A DNA stretch of 64,000 bases from a bacterium (GTDB lineage: Bacteria; Pseudomonadota; Gammaproteobacteria; Pseudomonadales; Moraxellaceae), in assembly GCA_029945725.1 (NCBI GenBank), contig JAQSDB010000008.1, forward strand, positions 446,710 through 510,709, written 5' to 3'. The position numbers and the translations under genes are program-made. This document shows, in pieces, positions 29,592 through 38,942 of this stretch. How positions within the stretch are numbered: the stretch's first letter is position 1; each line of letters begins with the position of its first letter. A model generated the notes under the pieces. That model did not search any database. It was not told where the DNA came from and worked only from the letters and a program-made list of their open reading frames with translations.

Positions 29592-29653
29592 TGCCAGCCC
29601 ATTTAAAAACAACCCTGATCCTCCAGCACACTAAAGCCCGTTCTGGCGATTAA

Positions 29654-29678
29654 CTTCCTTATATAAATCATAAGGAAG
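29654..29678. repeat. 9-bp perfect inverted repeat with 7-nt spacer
   Basis: CTTCCTTAT (29654-29662) and ATAAGGAAG (29670-29678), in AT-rich non-coding DNA. Confidence 0.8.
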
Positions 29679-29772
29679 CGCGTTAGACACTAGCAATTAT
29701 CTCGCGCCATCTAGAACCGAACCCTCGACGTTAATTCGGGGCGCCGTCAGCAACGATGCCGGCAACTTATTT

Positions 29773-29792
29773 TTATGAAATAAATTTCATAA
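29773..29792. promoter_or_regulatory. 20-bp perfect palindrome (operator-like)
   Basis: TTATGAAAT aa ATTTCATAA. The shape suits a dimeric DNA-binding protein. It lies between the HTH gene and the integrase. Confidence 0.6.
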
Positions 29793-30356
29793 TGACTTCA
29801 ATTAGTTACCGCCCTCTTTAATAGCCTCAGTCTTCCCCACATTGCTCCACAATACGACGCAATGATACCCAACAGCCAATCTGATTGAGCAATTTCCAAG
29901 CACTCTTAACCCACCACAAAACCCCGCCATGAACCACAAAGTACAAAGCCTCATGACGGTAACTTTATCGGCATTTTTCTATTGAAATCCGATTCTCTTC
30001 TTATGCATTAATCCAACAAGCAACAATCATTTTCGTAGACGGAAGAAGAACGTGAAAAAAATCGTAGGACGTGCATGGAATTCCAGCCAAGAAAATTTGG
30101 CTCTCGTATTGAACCAGAACAAAAAGTTCCTACGCATCTCCGATGATTAACACGACACTTTGTTTATTTTTGTAACTGATCCGACATTTTTTCATAATCC
30201 GCAATAACAACGGCGCGCAACCATCACCCAGCACGTGCAAGAAGCTCCAAAATGGCTAGACATTCCGAAATCTTCTCGCTCATTTACTATCTGATGACAC
30301 CTTGAAGACGTCCCTCAAAGCCGCCTTCACCACTTGCCTTCTGGAGAATAAATGTC

Positions 30357-31556
30357 ATGCCATTGACGAACACCGGGATAAAATTTCTGAAAGCCAAAGA
30401 CCGCGACTACAAAGTGGCGGATGAAAGGGGTTTGTTTCTACTTGTGATGGCAAACAGCACAAAGTGTTGGCGTTTTTCGTATCGTTACGACAACAAGCAA
30501 AAATCTCTCTCCATGGGCATCTACCCCGACACCTCGCTCAAGCTAGCCCGAGAAAAGCGTGATGAGGCCCGACAGACTCTGGCGCAAGGCATGGATCCGT
30601 CTGCTGTCCGAAAAGAACTAAAAGCCATTCAGAGTGGCAAGGCAAAGAACAGTCTGAACATCATCACGGCCTATTTTTTGGATATGAAGAAGACAGAGTG
30701 GAATCCTGCCTATTTCAGTAAGGTGGAGGCCAGACTGAAAAAGGACGTGCTTCCCGCACTGGGCACGATGCCGATTACCGACATCAAAGCTCCCGATATT
30801 TTGCGCGTCCTCCACAAAGTGGAAGCCCGTGGGACCATCGAGTCTGCTCACCGCATCAAAGAGACGCTGAGCCAAATCTTCCGCTATGCCATAGCAAGCG
30901 GCCTGGCGGACAAAAACCCGATCCCTGACCTGGCCGGCGCCCTGCGCCGCGCCAAAGAAAAGCACATGGCTGCTATCACCGACCCGGAGCAAGCCGGCGA
31001 CCTTCTCCGCCAGATCGATGCCTACCAAGGCACCTTCCCGGTAATATGTGCACTGAAGCTGGCACCCCTGGTTTTTGTCCGGCCCGGTGAGTTACGACAG
31101 GCCGAGTGGGCCAACATTAACTTTGAATGCGCGGAGTGGCGCTTTAAAGCCAGCAAGACTTACCAGGACCACATTGTCCCGCTCTCGCGCCAAGCTGTGG
31201 CTATTCTCAAGGCCCTGCAGCCCTATACCGGTCATGGCCGCTATGTCTTTCCCAGCAACAAGTCCGATGCACTCCCCATGAGCAGCAATACGATATTGTC
31301 CGCTTTACGGGTCATGGGTTTCGAGAAGGACAAAATGAGCGGGCATGGTTTCAGAGCCATGGCCAGAACCATGATCGCAGAGCGTCTTCGCTATCCCGAT
31401 GTGGCGATTGAGCTTCAACTGGCGCACCAGGTTCGTGACATTCATGGTCACGCCTATAACCGGGCCAGCTTTCTGGATGACCGGAAGCGGATGATGCAGG
31501 AGTGGGCCGACTATCTGGATAAGCTGAAAAGGGACGAGACTGGCCTTCACTCCTGA
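30357..31556 (+). CDS. int: P4-type tyrosine integrase (DUF4102 arm-binding domain + catalytic domain)
   Basis: N-terminus MPLTNTGIKFLKAKDRDYKVADERGLFLLV is typical of DUF4102. Catalytic residues: R in VRPGELR, HGFRAMARTM (HxxR), HGHAYNRA (H..Y). GGAGA RBS. Confidence 0.95.
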   Translation: MPLTNTGIKFLKAKDRDYKVADERGLFLLVMANSTKCWRFSYRYDNKQKSLSMGIYPDTSLKLAREKRDEARQTLAQGMDPSAVRKELKAIQSGKAKNSLNIITAYFLDMKKTEWNPAYFSKVEARLKKDVLPALGTMPITDIKAPDILRVLHKVEARGTIESAHRIKETLSQIFRYAIASGLADKNPIPDLAGALRRAKEKHMAAITDPEQAGDLLRQIDAYQGTFPVICALKLAPLVFVRPGELRQAEWANINFECAEWRFKASKTYQDHIVPLSRQAVAILKALQPYTGHGRYVFPSNKSDALPMSSNTILSALRVMGFEKDKMSGHGFRAMARTMIAERLRYPDVAIELQLAHQVRDIHGHAYNRASFLDDRKRMMQEWADYLDKLKRDETGLHS

Positions 31557-31561
31557 CAGGC

Positions 31562-31888
31562 ATGCCCCTACGGATGGCTAAAGGCGCCAGCCTGGAATCA
31601 CCAAACTCCGTCCGTGAGTGCCTGCCTGCTCTGCTGGGAGGCACTTTGCAAGAGCGGTTCGGGGTGCTGTTCCTGGACAGCCAGAACCGACTGATCGCCT
31701 ATGAAGAAGTGCTCCTGGGCACCCTGAGCTCTGCTACCGTTTACCCTCTGGAAATCGTCCAGACCGCCCTTGGCCATTACGCCGCCTCGGTGATCCTGGT
31801 GCACAACCACCCTTCAGGGTCTCTGGAGCCCAGCCAGGCGGATAGAGTCCGAAGCCGCCTTAAGCGTTTCCTTAATCTGCTCTCTTGA
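31562..31888 (+). pseudogene. truncated, diverged second radC copy
   Basis: nt ~31574-31843 encode 90 aa that align without gaps to RadC residues encoded at ~1393-1659. I counted 68/90 identical, including HNHPSGS..EPSQAD. The N-terminus and the C-terminal third are missing. It abuts the integrase stop. Confidence 0.8.
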
Positions 31889-32086
31889 CGCCAGCTTGGC
31901 TTTTCCGCAATTGCGTTCAAAGAGCAGCAATCCAATGGCATGAATCTCCAGACGCTCGGCCAGGCGCAGTTCACTGCTGATATGACGCTTCAGCTTTGTT
32001 CGCAGCGCATTTGCCAAGGCTTCGAAGAAGGTGGTGAGCAGCAACCGGGGATGCGGACAAAAACTTGGAATACCAAGAGGTAGTTC

Positions 32087-32370
32087 ATGTACTCGTACGA
32101 AGACAGGATTCGAGCGGTCGGGCTCTAAATCAAGCTCGGCAACGCGTCAGGGCAACCAAAAGTCAGCATGGCTACCCAACCAAGAATGCGCTAAAGGACT
32201 GGAATCGGGAATACGAGCAACCTCTCGATTTACGAATGAGCCATGCACGCTCAAAGCCAAAGTACTCACATGCGCAGAAGACTGAGGCGGTAGAGCACTA
32301 TGTCAGCCACGACCGCTGCATTGCTGCAACCATAAGGGCGTTGGGCTATGCACGCGTGCCCCTTAGCACC
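32087..32370 (+). pseudogene. IS3-family orfA-like fragment, frame-disrupted
   Basis: MYSYEDRIRAV then a stop. The next frame continues RVRATKSQHGYPTKNALKDWNREYEQ ... KPKYSHAQKTEAVEHYVSHDRCIAATIRALGY, a two-HTH transposase orfA pattern. No intact ORF. Confidence 0.55.
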
Positions 32371-32436
32371 AGCAAGCCGAATCGGCTCGCCTCGAGCAAC
32401 ACTGCATTCTACGCAACTAGTTCGAAACATTGCAGA

Positions 32437-33060
32437 TCAGCTGGTACGACGCTGTTCGCGCTCTTCAAGCACCGCACTGCGGATCATTCGCCAAACAAAA
32501 TCTCCGATATCTTCGAGCGAATAGCGACCTTCCTCACGAAACCAGGTTGCAACCCAATTGAGCGCCCCGAGGCCGATCAGACGCAGCAGCTCCAGATCCA
32601 TATCCTTCCGAATCACTCCCTGTTCAGCCAGTAGTTTCAGCATTGCGGCCCACAACGACTCATAGCGATCACGCAGCTTTATCATCTCCCTGCGCGCCTC
32701 GCCACACAGGGAGCGCCACTCGAACAACAACACATAGACCATATCCGAACCACTGACCAACATTTGCAGGTGTGCATTGATGCCGCGGCGCAACTGCTCG
32801 GCAGGCTCTGTCACACCCGCCACAGCCTGGGTGACGGCTATCGAGGCCTGCTCCAGACCCAGCCGCATCAGATCGACGAGAATGTCTTCCTTGGCCGGAT
32901 AACGGTAATGAAGGCTGCCAGGGAGCATGTTGCACGCTTCGGCAATCTCCTTGACCGTGGTCCGGTCATAGCCTTGCCCCCGGAACAGGCGAGCGGCAGA
33001 TCTCAACACGAAATCACGATCCGACTGGGCAACTGGCCTGACCTGACGACTTTTCTTCAC
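32437..33060 (-). CDS. TetR-family transcriptional regulator
   Basis: N-terminal TetR HTH (RSAARLFRGQGYDRTTVKEIAEACNMLPGSLHYRY). Divergent from the first catabolic operon. Confidence 0.9.
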   Translation of the reverse strand: MKKSRQVRPVAQSDRDFVLRSAARLFRGQGYDRTTVKEIAEACNMLPGSLHYRYPAKEDILVDLMRLGLEQASIAVTQAVAGVTEPAEQLRRGINAHLQMLVSGSDMVYVLLFEWRSLCGEARREMIKLRDRYESLWAAMLKLLAEQGVIRKDMDLELLRLIGLGALNWVATWFREEGRYSLEDIGDFVWRMIRSAVLEEREQRRTS

Positions 33061-33225
33061 GGTATCCTCCCGAGTAACGGAAACGCTATTCTAGCCTGAG
33101 TCCCGCCCGGCACCCCTAAAAATTCGATCCCGTCCCGCCCACGATCAGCGTCTTTACAACCTTGTCGCCGCTGCCTGCTCAGGCGCCGACGGAACAAACC
33201 TCAGGTCTATGTTGATATGGCAGGA

Positions 33226-33255
33226 TTGACATTTGGCCAACCAACCAACTAGGGT
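33226..33255 (+). promoter_or_regulatory. sigma70-like promoter with embedded operator-like repeat
   Basis: TTGACA (33226-33231), 18-nt spacer, TAGGGT (33250-33255). The spacer contains TTGGCCAACCAACCAA (33233-33248), related to the palindromes at 43607 and 56992. Confidence 0.55.
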
Positions 33256-33288
33256 GATTGCCATAGTCACTACAGCGGGAGAATCCAA

Positions 33289-34227
33289 ATGGCCTTGGCA
33301 AATCGTAAGATCGGTTACGGCGAGGTTGTAACGCGTGACCTCCACTTTTCGATGAACCGTGAGACGGTCACCCGTCACTGGTTCAACAACGACCCCTGGT
33401 GCACGCACTGGATGAACGCCATTCTGGCGGCCGTTCCGGATGGCGAGCGCTGGGTGATGAACTCGGCCCGCCGACAACTCGACAAATTGCGTGACCCGGA
33501 AGTGCGCAAGGCTGCTGGCGAGTTCATCCGTCAGGAGCGCATTCATGCCCGCGAGCATGACGAGATGAATGCCATTTGCTTACAGCAGGGCGTCCCTATT
33601 GACCAGGTCGAAGCCACCTTCAAGCTCATTCGCAAGGAACTCCAGCATCGCCTGAGCGATGACATGCAAAGCTCCATCGCCGCGGCGTTCGAGCATTTCA
33701 CCGCCATCATTTCCTCGGTGTTGCTGGAGCACCCGGAACTTTTCGATAAAACACATCCTGAATTACGTGCCATGTTGTACTGGCACTTCGTTGAGGAAAC
33801 CGAGCACAAGAGCGTCAGTTTCGATGTGTTCGTCGACGCCAGCGGCGGCGGTCTGCGCAGTTACCGGTTGCGCATCAGTGGCATGATGCTGGCCATCTCG
33901 CTCGGCTTTCCAATCATGATCGGAAATCAGGCGTTTTTGCTCTATAGAGACAAACAGCTCCTCAATCTGCGTTCGGCGACGCATATGCTCAAGGTGCTGT
34001 TCGTCAGACCCGGCATTCTCTCCAAAGTGCTGGCAGGTGTCTTCCCCTATTTCTCGCCCACCTTCCATCCTTGGGACGATGACAATCGGGAGACCATCAG
34101 GATCTGGAAGCGCGCCTACGAGCAGACCGGCGACACCCACAAGGCATTCGAGGCACTGGTCAAACACCAGCCCGGTATCCGGACAGGTCTCCGTACAGTT
34201 GCGCACCCGCTTGAGGGACTCTCATGA
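33289..34227 (+). CDS. predicted metal-dependent hydrolase (PF10118-like), paralogue 1
   Basis: Pattern AVPDGERWVMNSAR ... FIRQERIHAREHD ... HFVEETEHKS, shared with the ORFs at 47047 and 56057. Confidence 0.75.
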   Translation: MALANRKIGYGEVVTRDLHFSMNRETVTRHWFNNDPWCTHWMNAILAAVPDGERWVMNSARRQLDKLRDPEVRKAAGEFIRQERIHAREHDEMNAICLQQGVPIDQVEATFKLIRKELQHRLSDDMQSSIAAAFEHFTAIISSVLLEHPELFDKTHPELRAMLYWHFVEETEHKSVSFDVFVDASGGGLRSYRLRISGMMLAISLGFPIMIGNQAFLLYRDKQLLNLRSATHMLKVLFVRPGILSKVLAGVFPYFSPTFHPWDDDNRETIRIWKRAYEQTGDTHKAFEALVKHQPGIRTGLRTVAHPLEGLS

Positions 34228-35051
34228 AAAAACAACCCTTACCACCTTCTCGCAATGCAGCCGCTGTCGTCACCGGAGCTGGCAGCGGCATTGGCCGCAG
34301 CTTTGCCTACGAGCTGGCTCGTCGTGGCGGTACGGTGATCTGCGCCGACATCAATGAAGAGAGAGCCGAGCAGATCGTCGCAAGCCTGCAGGCCATCGGC
34401 AGCCAGGCAATTGCCTATCGCTGTGACGTGGGCGATGCGAAGCAGATGGAAGCCCTCAGTGATGAGGCCGAGAAACTGCTCGGCCGTCCGGTGACTCTGG
34501 TGATCAACAATGCAGGCGTGGGTCTCGGCGGGCCAATCGGCGAGGTGTCACTGGAAGACTGGCATTGGTGTATGAACGTCAACCTCTGGGGCGTGATCCA
34601 CGGCTGCCATTTCTTCGCGCCGAAACTTCGGGATCTTGGCTATGGCGGCATCATTAATGTCGCTTCCGCCGCTGCTTTCGGTGCAGCGCCGGAAATGAGC
34701 ACCTACAACGTCACCAAGGCCGGTGTACTGGCGCTCTCGGAAACCCTGGCTGCTGAGCTTGTCGGCACCGGCGTGAGAGTCACGGCACTGTGCCCAACCG
34801 TGGTACCCACCAACATCGTCAACGACGGCAAGCTACCGGCAAAACGCCGCGAGTTTGCGCGGTCCGCCATGACACGTTTCTCCCTGACCACCGCCGACAA
34901 GGTAGCCCGACAAACACTTGATGCGCTGGATCGTGGTGAGCTTTACATGCTGCCGCAAATCGATGGGCGCCTCGCCTGGCGCTTCAAACGACTGATGCCG
35001 CGCCTGTATGTCCGTACCGTTGGCGAGGCCTATCGCCTGCTGGCCAATTGA
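34224..35051 (+). CDS. short-chain dehydrogenase/reductase (SDR)
   Basis: TGAGSGIG cofactor motif, NNAG, catalytic YNVTK. Confidence 0.9.
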   Translation: MKKQPLPPSRNAAAVVTGAGSGIGRSFAYELARRGGTVICADINEERAEQIVASLQAIGSQAIAYRCDVGDAKQMEALSDEAEKLLGRPVTLVINNAGVGLGGPIGEVSLEDWHWCMNVNLWGVIHGCHFFAPKLRDLGYGGIINVASAAAFGAAPEMSTYNVTKAGVLALSETLAAELVGTGVRVTALCPTVVPTNIVNDGKLPAKRREFARSAMTRFSLTTADKVARQTLDALDRGELYMLPQIDGRLAWRFKRLMPRLYVRTVGEAYRLLAN

Positions 35052-35065
35052 TCAAGGAGACTCTC

Positions 35066-36034
35066 ATGGCATCACTCTCTGCAAGGATCATCAAGCCCCT
35101 GTTCCGCGCGATTATGAAGCGCGACATTCAGGACCCCGATCATCTGGTCCGTCATTTACGCAGGGTCATGAATGCCCCGCTGATGCCTTCGGTGATACCC
35201 CGCGGCGTTAGCCTGCGCCATGGCCGCGTGGCCGATGTACCCGGCCAGTGGTTGAGTACCGCCCATCCTGCGGCGACCATACTGTTCCTCCATGGAGGGG
35301 CTTTCGTGGGCGGTCGTCTTGATACCTATCACCACTTCTGCGGCACACTGACGAAGGCACTCAACGCCCGCATTTTTCTCGCCGATTACCGACTGGCACC
35401 GGAACACCCTTTCCCGGCGGCAACCGATGATGCCTTTGCCGCGTACAGCGAGCTGATCGAAGAATCCCTGCCGCTGATCGTGGCCGGCGATTCCGCCGGC
35501 GGCAACCTGACCCTGGCGACGTTATTGCGTGCCCGCGACGAGCAACTGTCCATGCCGGTGTGTGCCGTAGCCATTTCACCAGGCGCTGACGCCACCGGCG
35601 AGTTGATGTCCCGGGATGCCAATAATGAGAGCGACCCGATGCTGTCACGGATGATGATCGATGGCGCCGTCAGGATCTACCTGCAAGGTGCCGATCCGTT
35701 CAATCCCTATGCATCCCCGACGCGGGGTGACTATCGGGGTCTGCCACCATTGATGCTGACGGTAAGTGAAGAGGAATGCCTGCGCGATGATGCCTACGTC
35801 GTTGCCGAACAAGCGCGTCATGCGGGGGTGCCGGTCACGCTGCTATCGCGACAGGACATGCCCCACATCTGGCCAATTTTCCTTCTGCTGCCAGAAGCCC
35901 GTCAGGATACACGCAAAATAATCCGCTTTATGCAGTCCCGTCTGGATAATCGACGGCATAACGATCTACCCAACCACCGTGCCGGATCCGGCGACTTGCA
36001 CACACCATCGACCACGCAGGAGGCTGTTGCATGA
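35066..36034 (+). CDS. alpha/beta hydrolase, HSL-type esterase/lipase
   Basis: HGGAF oxyanion motif and GDSAGG nucleophile elbow. ATG 35066 follows an AAGGAG RBS; the track start 35048 is TTG inside the SDR stop region. Confidence 0.85.
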   Translation: MASLSARIIKPLFRAIMKRDIQDPDHLVRHLRRVMNAPLMPSVIPRGVSLRHGRVADVPGQWLSTAHPAATILFLHGGAFVGGRLDTYHHFCGTLTKALNARIFLADYRLAPEHPFPAATDDAFAAYSELIEESLPLIVAGDSAGGNLTLATLLRARDEQLSMPVCAVAISPGADATGELMSRDANNESDPMLSRMMIDGAVRIYLQGADPFNPYASPTRGDYRGLPPLMLTVSEEECLRDDAYVVAEQARHAGVPVTLLSRQDMPHIWPIFLLLPEARQDTRKIIRFMQSRLDNRRHNDLPNHRAGSGDLHTPSTTQEAVA

Positions 36035-37641
36035 ACATGACTGCTTTCACTGCCGATCAGACCCGGCACCATCCTCCTGTTCGTCCTGATCACGAGGTGA
36101 TTATTGTCGGCGCCGGCATCTCCGGCATCGGTGCCGCCATCCAGCTCAAGGCAGACGGCGTCAACGACATCCTGATTCTTGAGCGTGACAATGATGTCGG
36201 TGGCACCTGGCGTGACAATCGCTATCCCGGCATTGCCGTGGACATCACCTCGTTTACCTACTCTTTTTCGTTCGAGCAGAACGCTAACTGGTCACGAGTG
36301 TTCGCTCCGGGCAACGAGCTGTATCAATACACCCGGCGGGTGTCATCCAAATATGGCATCTACCGCCATATCCGCTTCGGCGTTGAGGTGGAACGCGCGC
36401 AATTCGACACGGAAAACAATCTCTGGGTAGTCAGCCTAGCGAGTGGCGAGACATTGCGCGGCCGACATCTGATCTCTGCCTGCGGCGGGCTGATCTCACC
36501 CAAGCTGCCTGACATCGAAGGTCTTGATGCCTTCGAGGGAGAAGTTATCCACACTGCCCGCTGGCCTGAAGACATGGACCTGACGGGCAAGCGTGTTGCC
36601 GTCATCGGCACCGGTGCCACCGCCGTGCAACTGGTTCCGGAGATCGCCCGTCAAGCGAAACAGCTTGATGTCTATCAGCGCACCCCGATCTGGGTTCTGA
36701 AAAAACCGGACCGGATATTGCCCGGCTGGCTGAAAAGCCTGTTTCGTGCCTTACCCTCCCTGCAAGGTGGTGTTCGCGGCATAACCGACGTGGCCAGCGA
36801 AACCCTGATGGTACTGTCGGCGATCTACTACCGTCAGGCCCCCTGGATAGTGCGCGCCTGCGAGAAGGCCGCACTCGACAATATGCGAAAACAACTCCCC
36901 GGCAGACAGGATCTCTGGGAAAAACTCAGCCCGGCCTATGGCTTTGGTTGCAAACGGCCCACCTTTTCCAACGAGTACTTCACAACGTTCGCTCGTGACA
37001 GTGTCGAGCTGGTCACCACGCCCATCCGTCGCATCACCCGACAGGGCATCACCACCAGTGACGGCAAGTCGCGACGCATTGATGTACTGGTGCTTGCCAC
37101 CGGCTACAAGACCTTCGAAAAGGGCAATATCCCCTCATTCGAGCTGATCGGAAGCAATGGTGTTGATCTCGGCCAGTTCTGGCACGATAACCGCTATCAG
37201 GCCTACGAAGGCTTGACCATTCCGGGGTACCCGAACTTCTACATCATGCTCGGCCCCTATGCACTGATTGGTACCTCCTACTTCAAGATGGTAGAGGGAA
37301 ATGCCATTCATCTTTCACGCTGCATCCGCGAGGCCCACCGGCGCAAGGCAACCCGGGTGGAAATCCGGCAGATCGTGCATGACCGCTACTTTCAGAACAT
37401 TCAGCAACGTCAGCAGAACACCGTGTTTCTCAACCACAACTGCGCACTCTCCAACAGCTATTATTTCGACCACCATGGCGACGCGCCCATGCTTCGCCCC
37501 TCGACCTCGGTGGAGATGCTGTGGCGGGCGAAGCACCTGCCAATGGACAATTACTTGTTCCTGAAGAGCAAAGATACGGGAGCATATTTCAGACCAGAGA
37601 CTTCAAATCGGTACCCGAATCACTCAATGCTTCAGCGCTGA
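36031..37641 (+). CDS. Baeyer-Villiger / flavin-containing monooxygenase
   Basis: GAGISGIG FAD motif, BVMO fingerprint FEGEVIHTARWP, second Rossmann motif GTGATAVQ. ATGA overlap with the esterase stop. Confidence 0.9.
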   Translation: MNMTAFTADQTRHHPPVRPDHEVIIVGAGISGIGAAIQLKADGVNDILILERDNDVGGTWRDNRYPGIAVDITSFTYSFSFEQNANWSRVFAPGNELYQYTRRVSSKYGIYRHIRFGVEVERAQFDTENNLWVVSLASGETLRGRHLISACGGLISPKLPDIEGLDAFEGEVIHTARWPEDMDLTGKRVAVIGTGATAVQLVPEIARQAKQLDVYQRTPIWVLKKPDRILPGWLKSLFRALPSLQGGVRGITDVASETLMVLSAIYYRQAPWIVRACEKAALDNMRKQLPGRQDLWEKLSPAYGFGCKRPTFSNEYFTTFARDSVELVTTPIRRITRQGITTSDGKSRRIDVLVLATGYKTFEKGNIPSFELIGSNGVDLGQFWHDNRYQAYEGLTIPGYPNFYIMLGPYALIGTSYFKMVEGNAIHLSRCIREAHRRKATRVEIRQIVHDRYFQNIQQRQQNTVFLNHNCALSNSYYFDHHGDAPMLRPSTSVEMLWRAKHLPMDNYLFLKSKDTGAYFRPETSNRYPNHSMLQR

Positions 37642-38821
37642 CGCTCTTGCGGTGCTGGACCAGCTGCTTGCCGACCATGAAAGCAATGGGCAGATTGACC
37701 GCGTCAACAGCAATGACACAGCCCTCGCGGAGATAGAACACCGCAAATTCCTTATCCTCGGGGCTGCCGCGCATCACACGCTGATCATGATTTTGCGACA
37801 ACCCCACCATCTGCAGGCGTACGTCATACTGGTTCGACCAGAACCATGGGACGCTATCGTAAGGTTTCTCCTCTCCCATCAGAGTCGCCGCCGCAGTACG
37901 AGCTTGATCGACAGCGTTGGCGACAGACTCAAGCCGTTGCATCTTCTCGAAGAAAAGATTCCGGTGACGGGTACAGTCGCCAATCGCCAGGATGGCGGGA
38001 TCGCCGGTGCGGGTAAACTCGTCGACAACAATACCGTCATCACAGGGCAGGCTGGCGACCTCAGCCAAAGTGGTTTCCGGTATGACGCCGATCGAGACGA
38101 GCACGATATCGGCCGGCAAAGTGCCTCCATTCGCCAACATCACGCCAGCCACACGACCCTGATCATCCGCTTCAAAGCCGGTTACCGCTGTGTTCAGGCG
38201 TACATCCACGCCGGCGCCACTGTGTTTGGCGTAAAAGAACGCCGACATCTCCGGGCCCGTAACGCGCTGCATAAGACGCTCTGCGGCTTCCAGCACCGTG
38301 ACATTAACGCCTTTTTTGATAGCGCTGGCTGCCACCTCAAGGCCGATAAAACCGCCACCCACAATGACCAGACTCTTCCCCGGGACTAATTGTTCACGCA
38401 GGGCATCTGTGTCAGCTATGTCATGCAGATAATGAATGCCTTTCAAGTCAGCCCCGGGCGCTTTCAGACGTCGGACGTGTGAGCCCGTGGCCAGGACCAG
38501 TCGATCGTATTTCAACGTGCTCTGGTCGGACAAGCTGATGGTCTTGTTGTCTCGATCAATTTGTTCGACGCGCACACCGAGCCGCAACTGATGGCCTGCC
38601 TTCTCGTACACCGAGCGCGGCTTCAGGTACAGCGACTCCTGATCAACATCTCCTGCCAGGTAATTCTTGGACAAAGGCGGTCGCTGATATGGTGGATGGG
38701 GTTCTTCGCCCACCAGAACCACCTCATGTTGATATTTTTTTTGCAGCAAGGTTGTCAGGAGCGCACCTGCTGCGTGCCCGCCGCCAACGATGACTGTGGT
38801 CTCTTTCCGTTTGTTTACCAT
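37589..38821 (-). CDS. FAD-dependent ferredoxin reductase (putidaredoxin-reductase type)
   Basis: VIVGGGHAAG and LVIVGGGFIGLEVA dinucleotide motifs. Last gene of the CYP153 cluster. Confidence 0.9.
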   Translation of the reverse strand: MVNKRKETTVIVGGGHAAGALLTTLLQKKYQHEVVLVGEEPHPPYQRPPLSKNYLAGDVDQESLYLKPRSVYEKAGHQLRLGVRVEQIDRDNKTISLSDQSTLKYDRLVLATGSHVRRLKAPGADLKGIHYLHDIADTDALREQLVPGKSLVIVGGGFIGLEVAASAIKKGVNVTVLEAAERLMQRVTGPEMSAFFYAKHSGAGVDVRLNTAVTGFEADDQGRVAGVMLANGGTLPADIVLVSIGVIPETTLAEVASLPCDDGIVVDEFTRTGDPAILAIGDCTRHRNLFFEKMQRLESVANAVDQARTAAATLMGEEKPYDSVPWFWSNQYDVRLQMVGLSQNHDQRVMRGSPEDKEFAVFYLREGCVIAVDAVNLPIAFMVGKQLVQHRKSVSAEALSDSGTDLKSLV

Positions 38822-38942
38822 AGCCTCTCTCTTTAGCTGTGCCTTGGGATCGGATTGTTCAGGAAAATGCCAACCGAGACGAGCACAAGGTCGGCTGGCA
38901 CGGTGATGTCAACCGCGCCCCGCGACACCCCGCACGCGGCTC

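Noticed and set aside
29243-29653. 136-aa (+) and 75-aa (-, 29404-29631) ORFs in the AT-rich gap.
   Set aside because: They overlap each other and the start of the HTH gene. They have no RBS and low-complexity, unconvincing sequences. The region is treated as non-coding.
29361-31600. Expected tRNA/tmRNA att site next to the P4-type integrase.
   Set aside because: I read both flanks for T-arm-like GGTTCGAATCC-type motifs and cloverleaf potential and found none. I cannot exclude a short 3' tRNA fragment without a computational scan.
31814-32044. 76-aa minus-strand ORF (MLLTTFFEALANALRTKLKRH...) between the radC fragment and the IS3 fragment.
   Set aside because: It might be a fragment of a mobile-element gene, but I cannot match it to any family from memory, and it has no start context. 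It is left uncalled.
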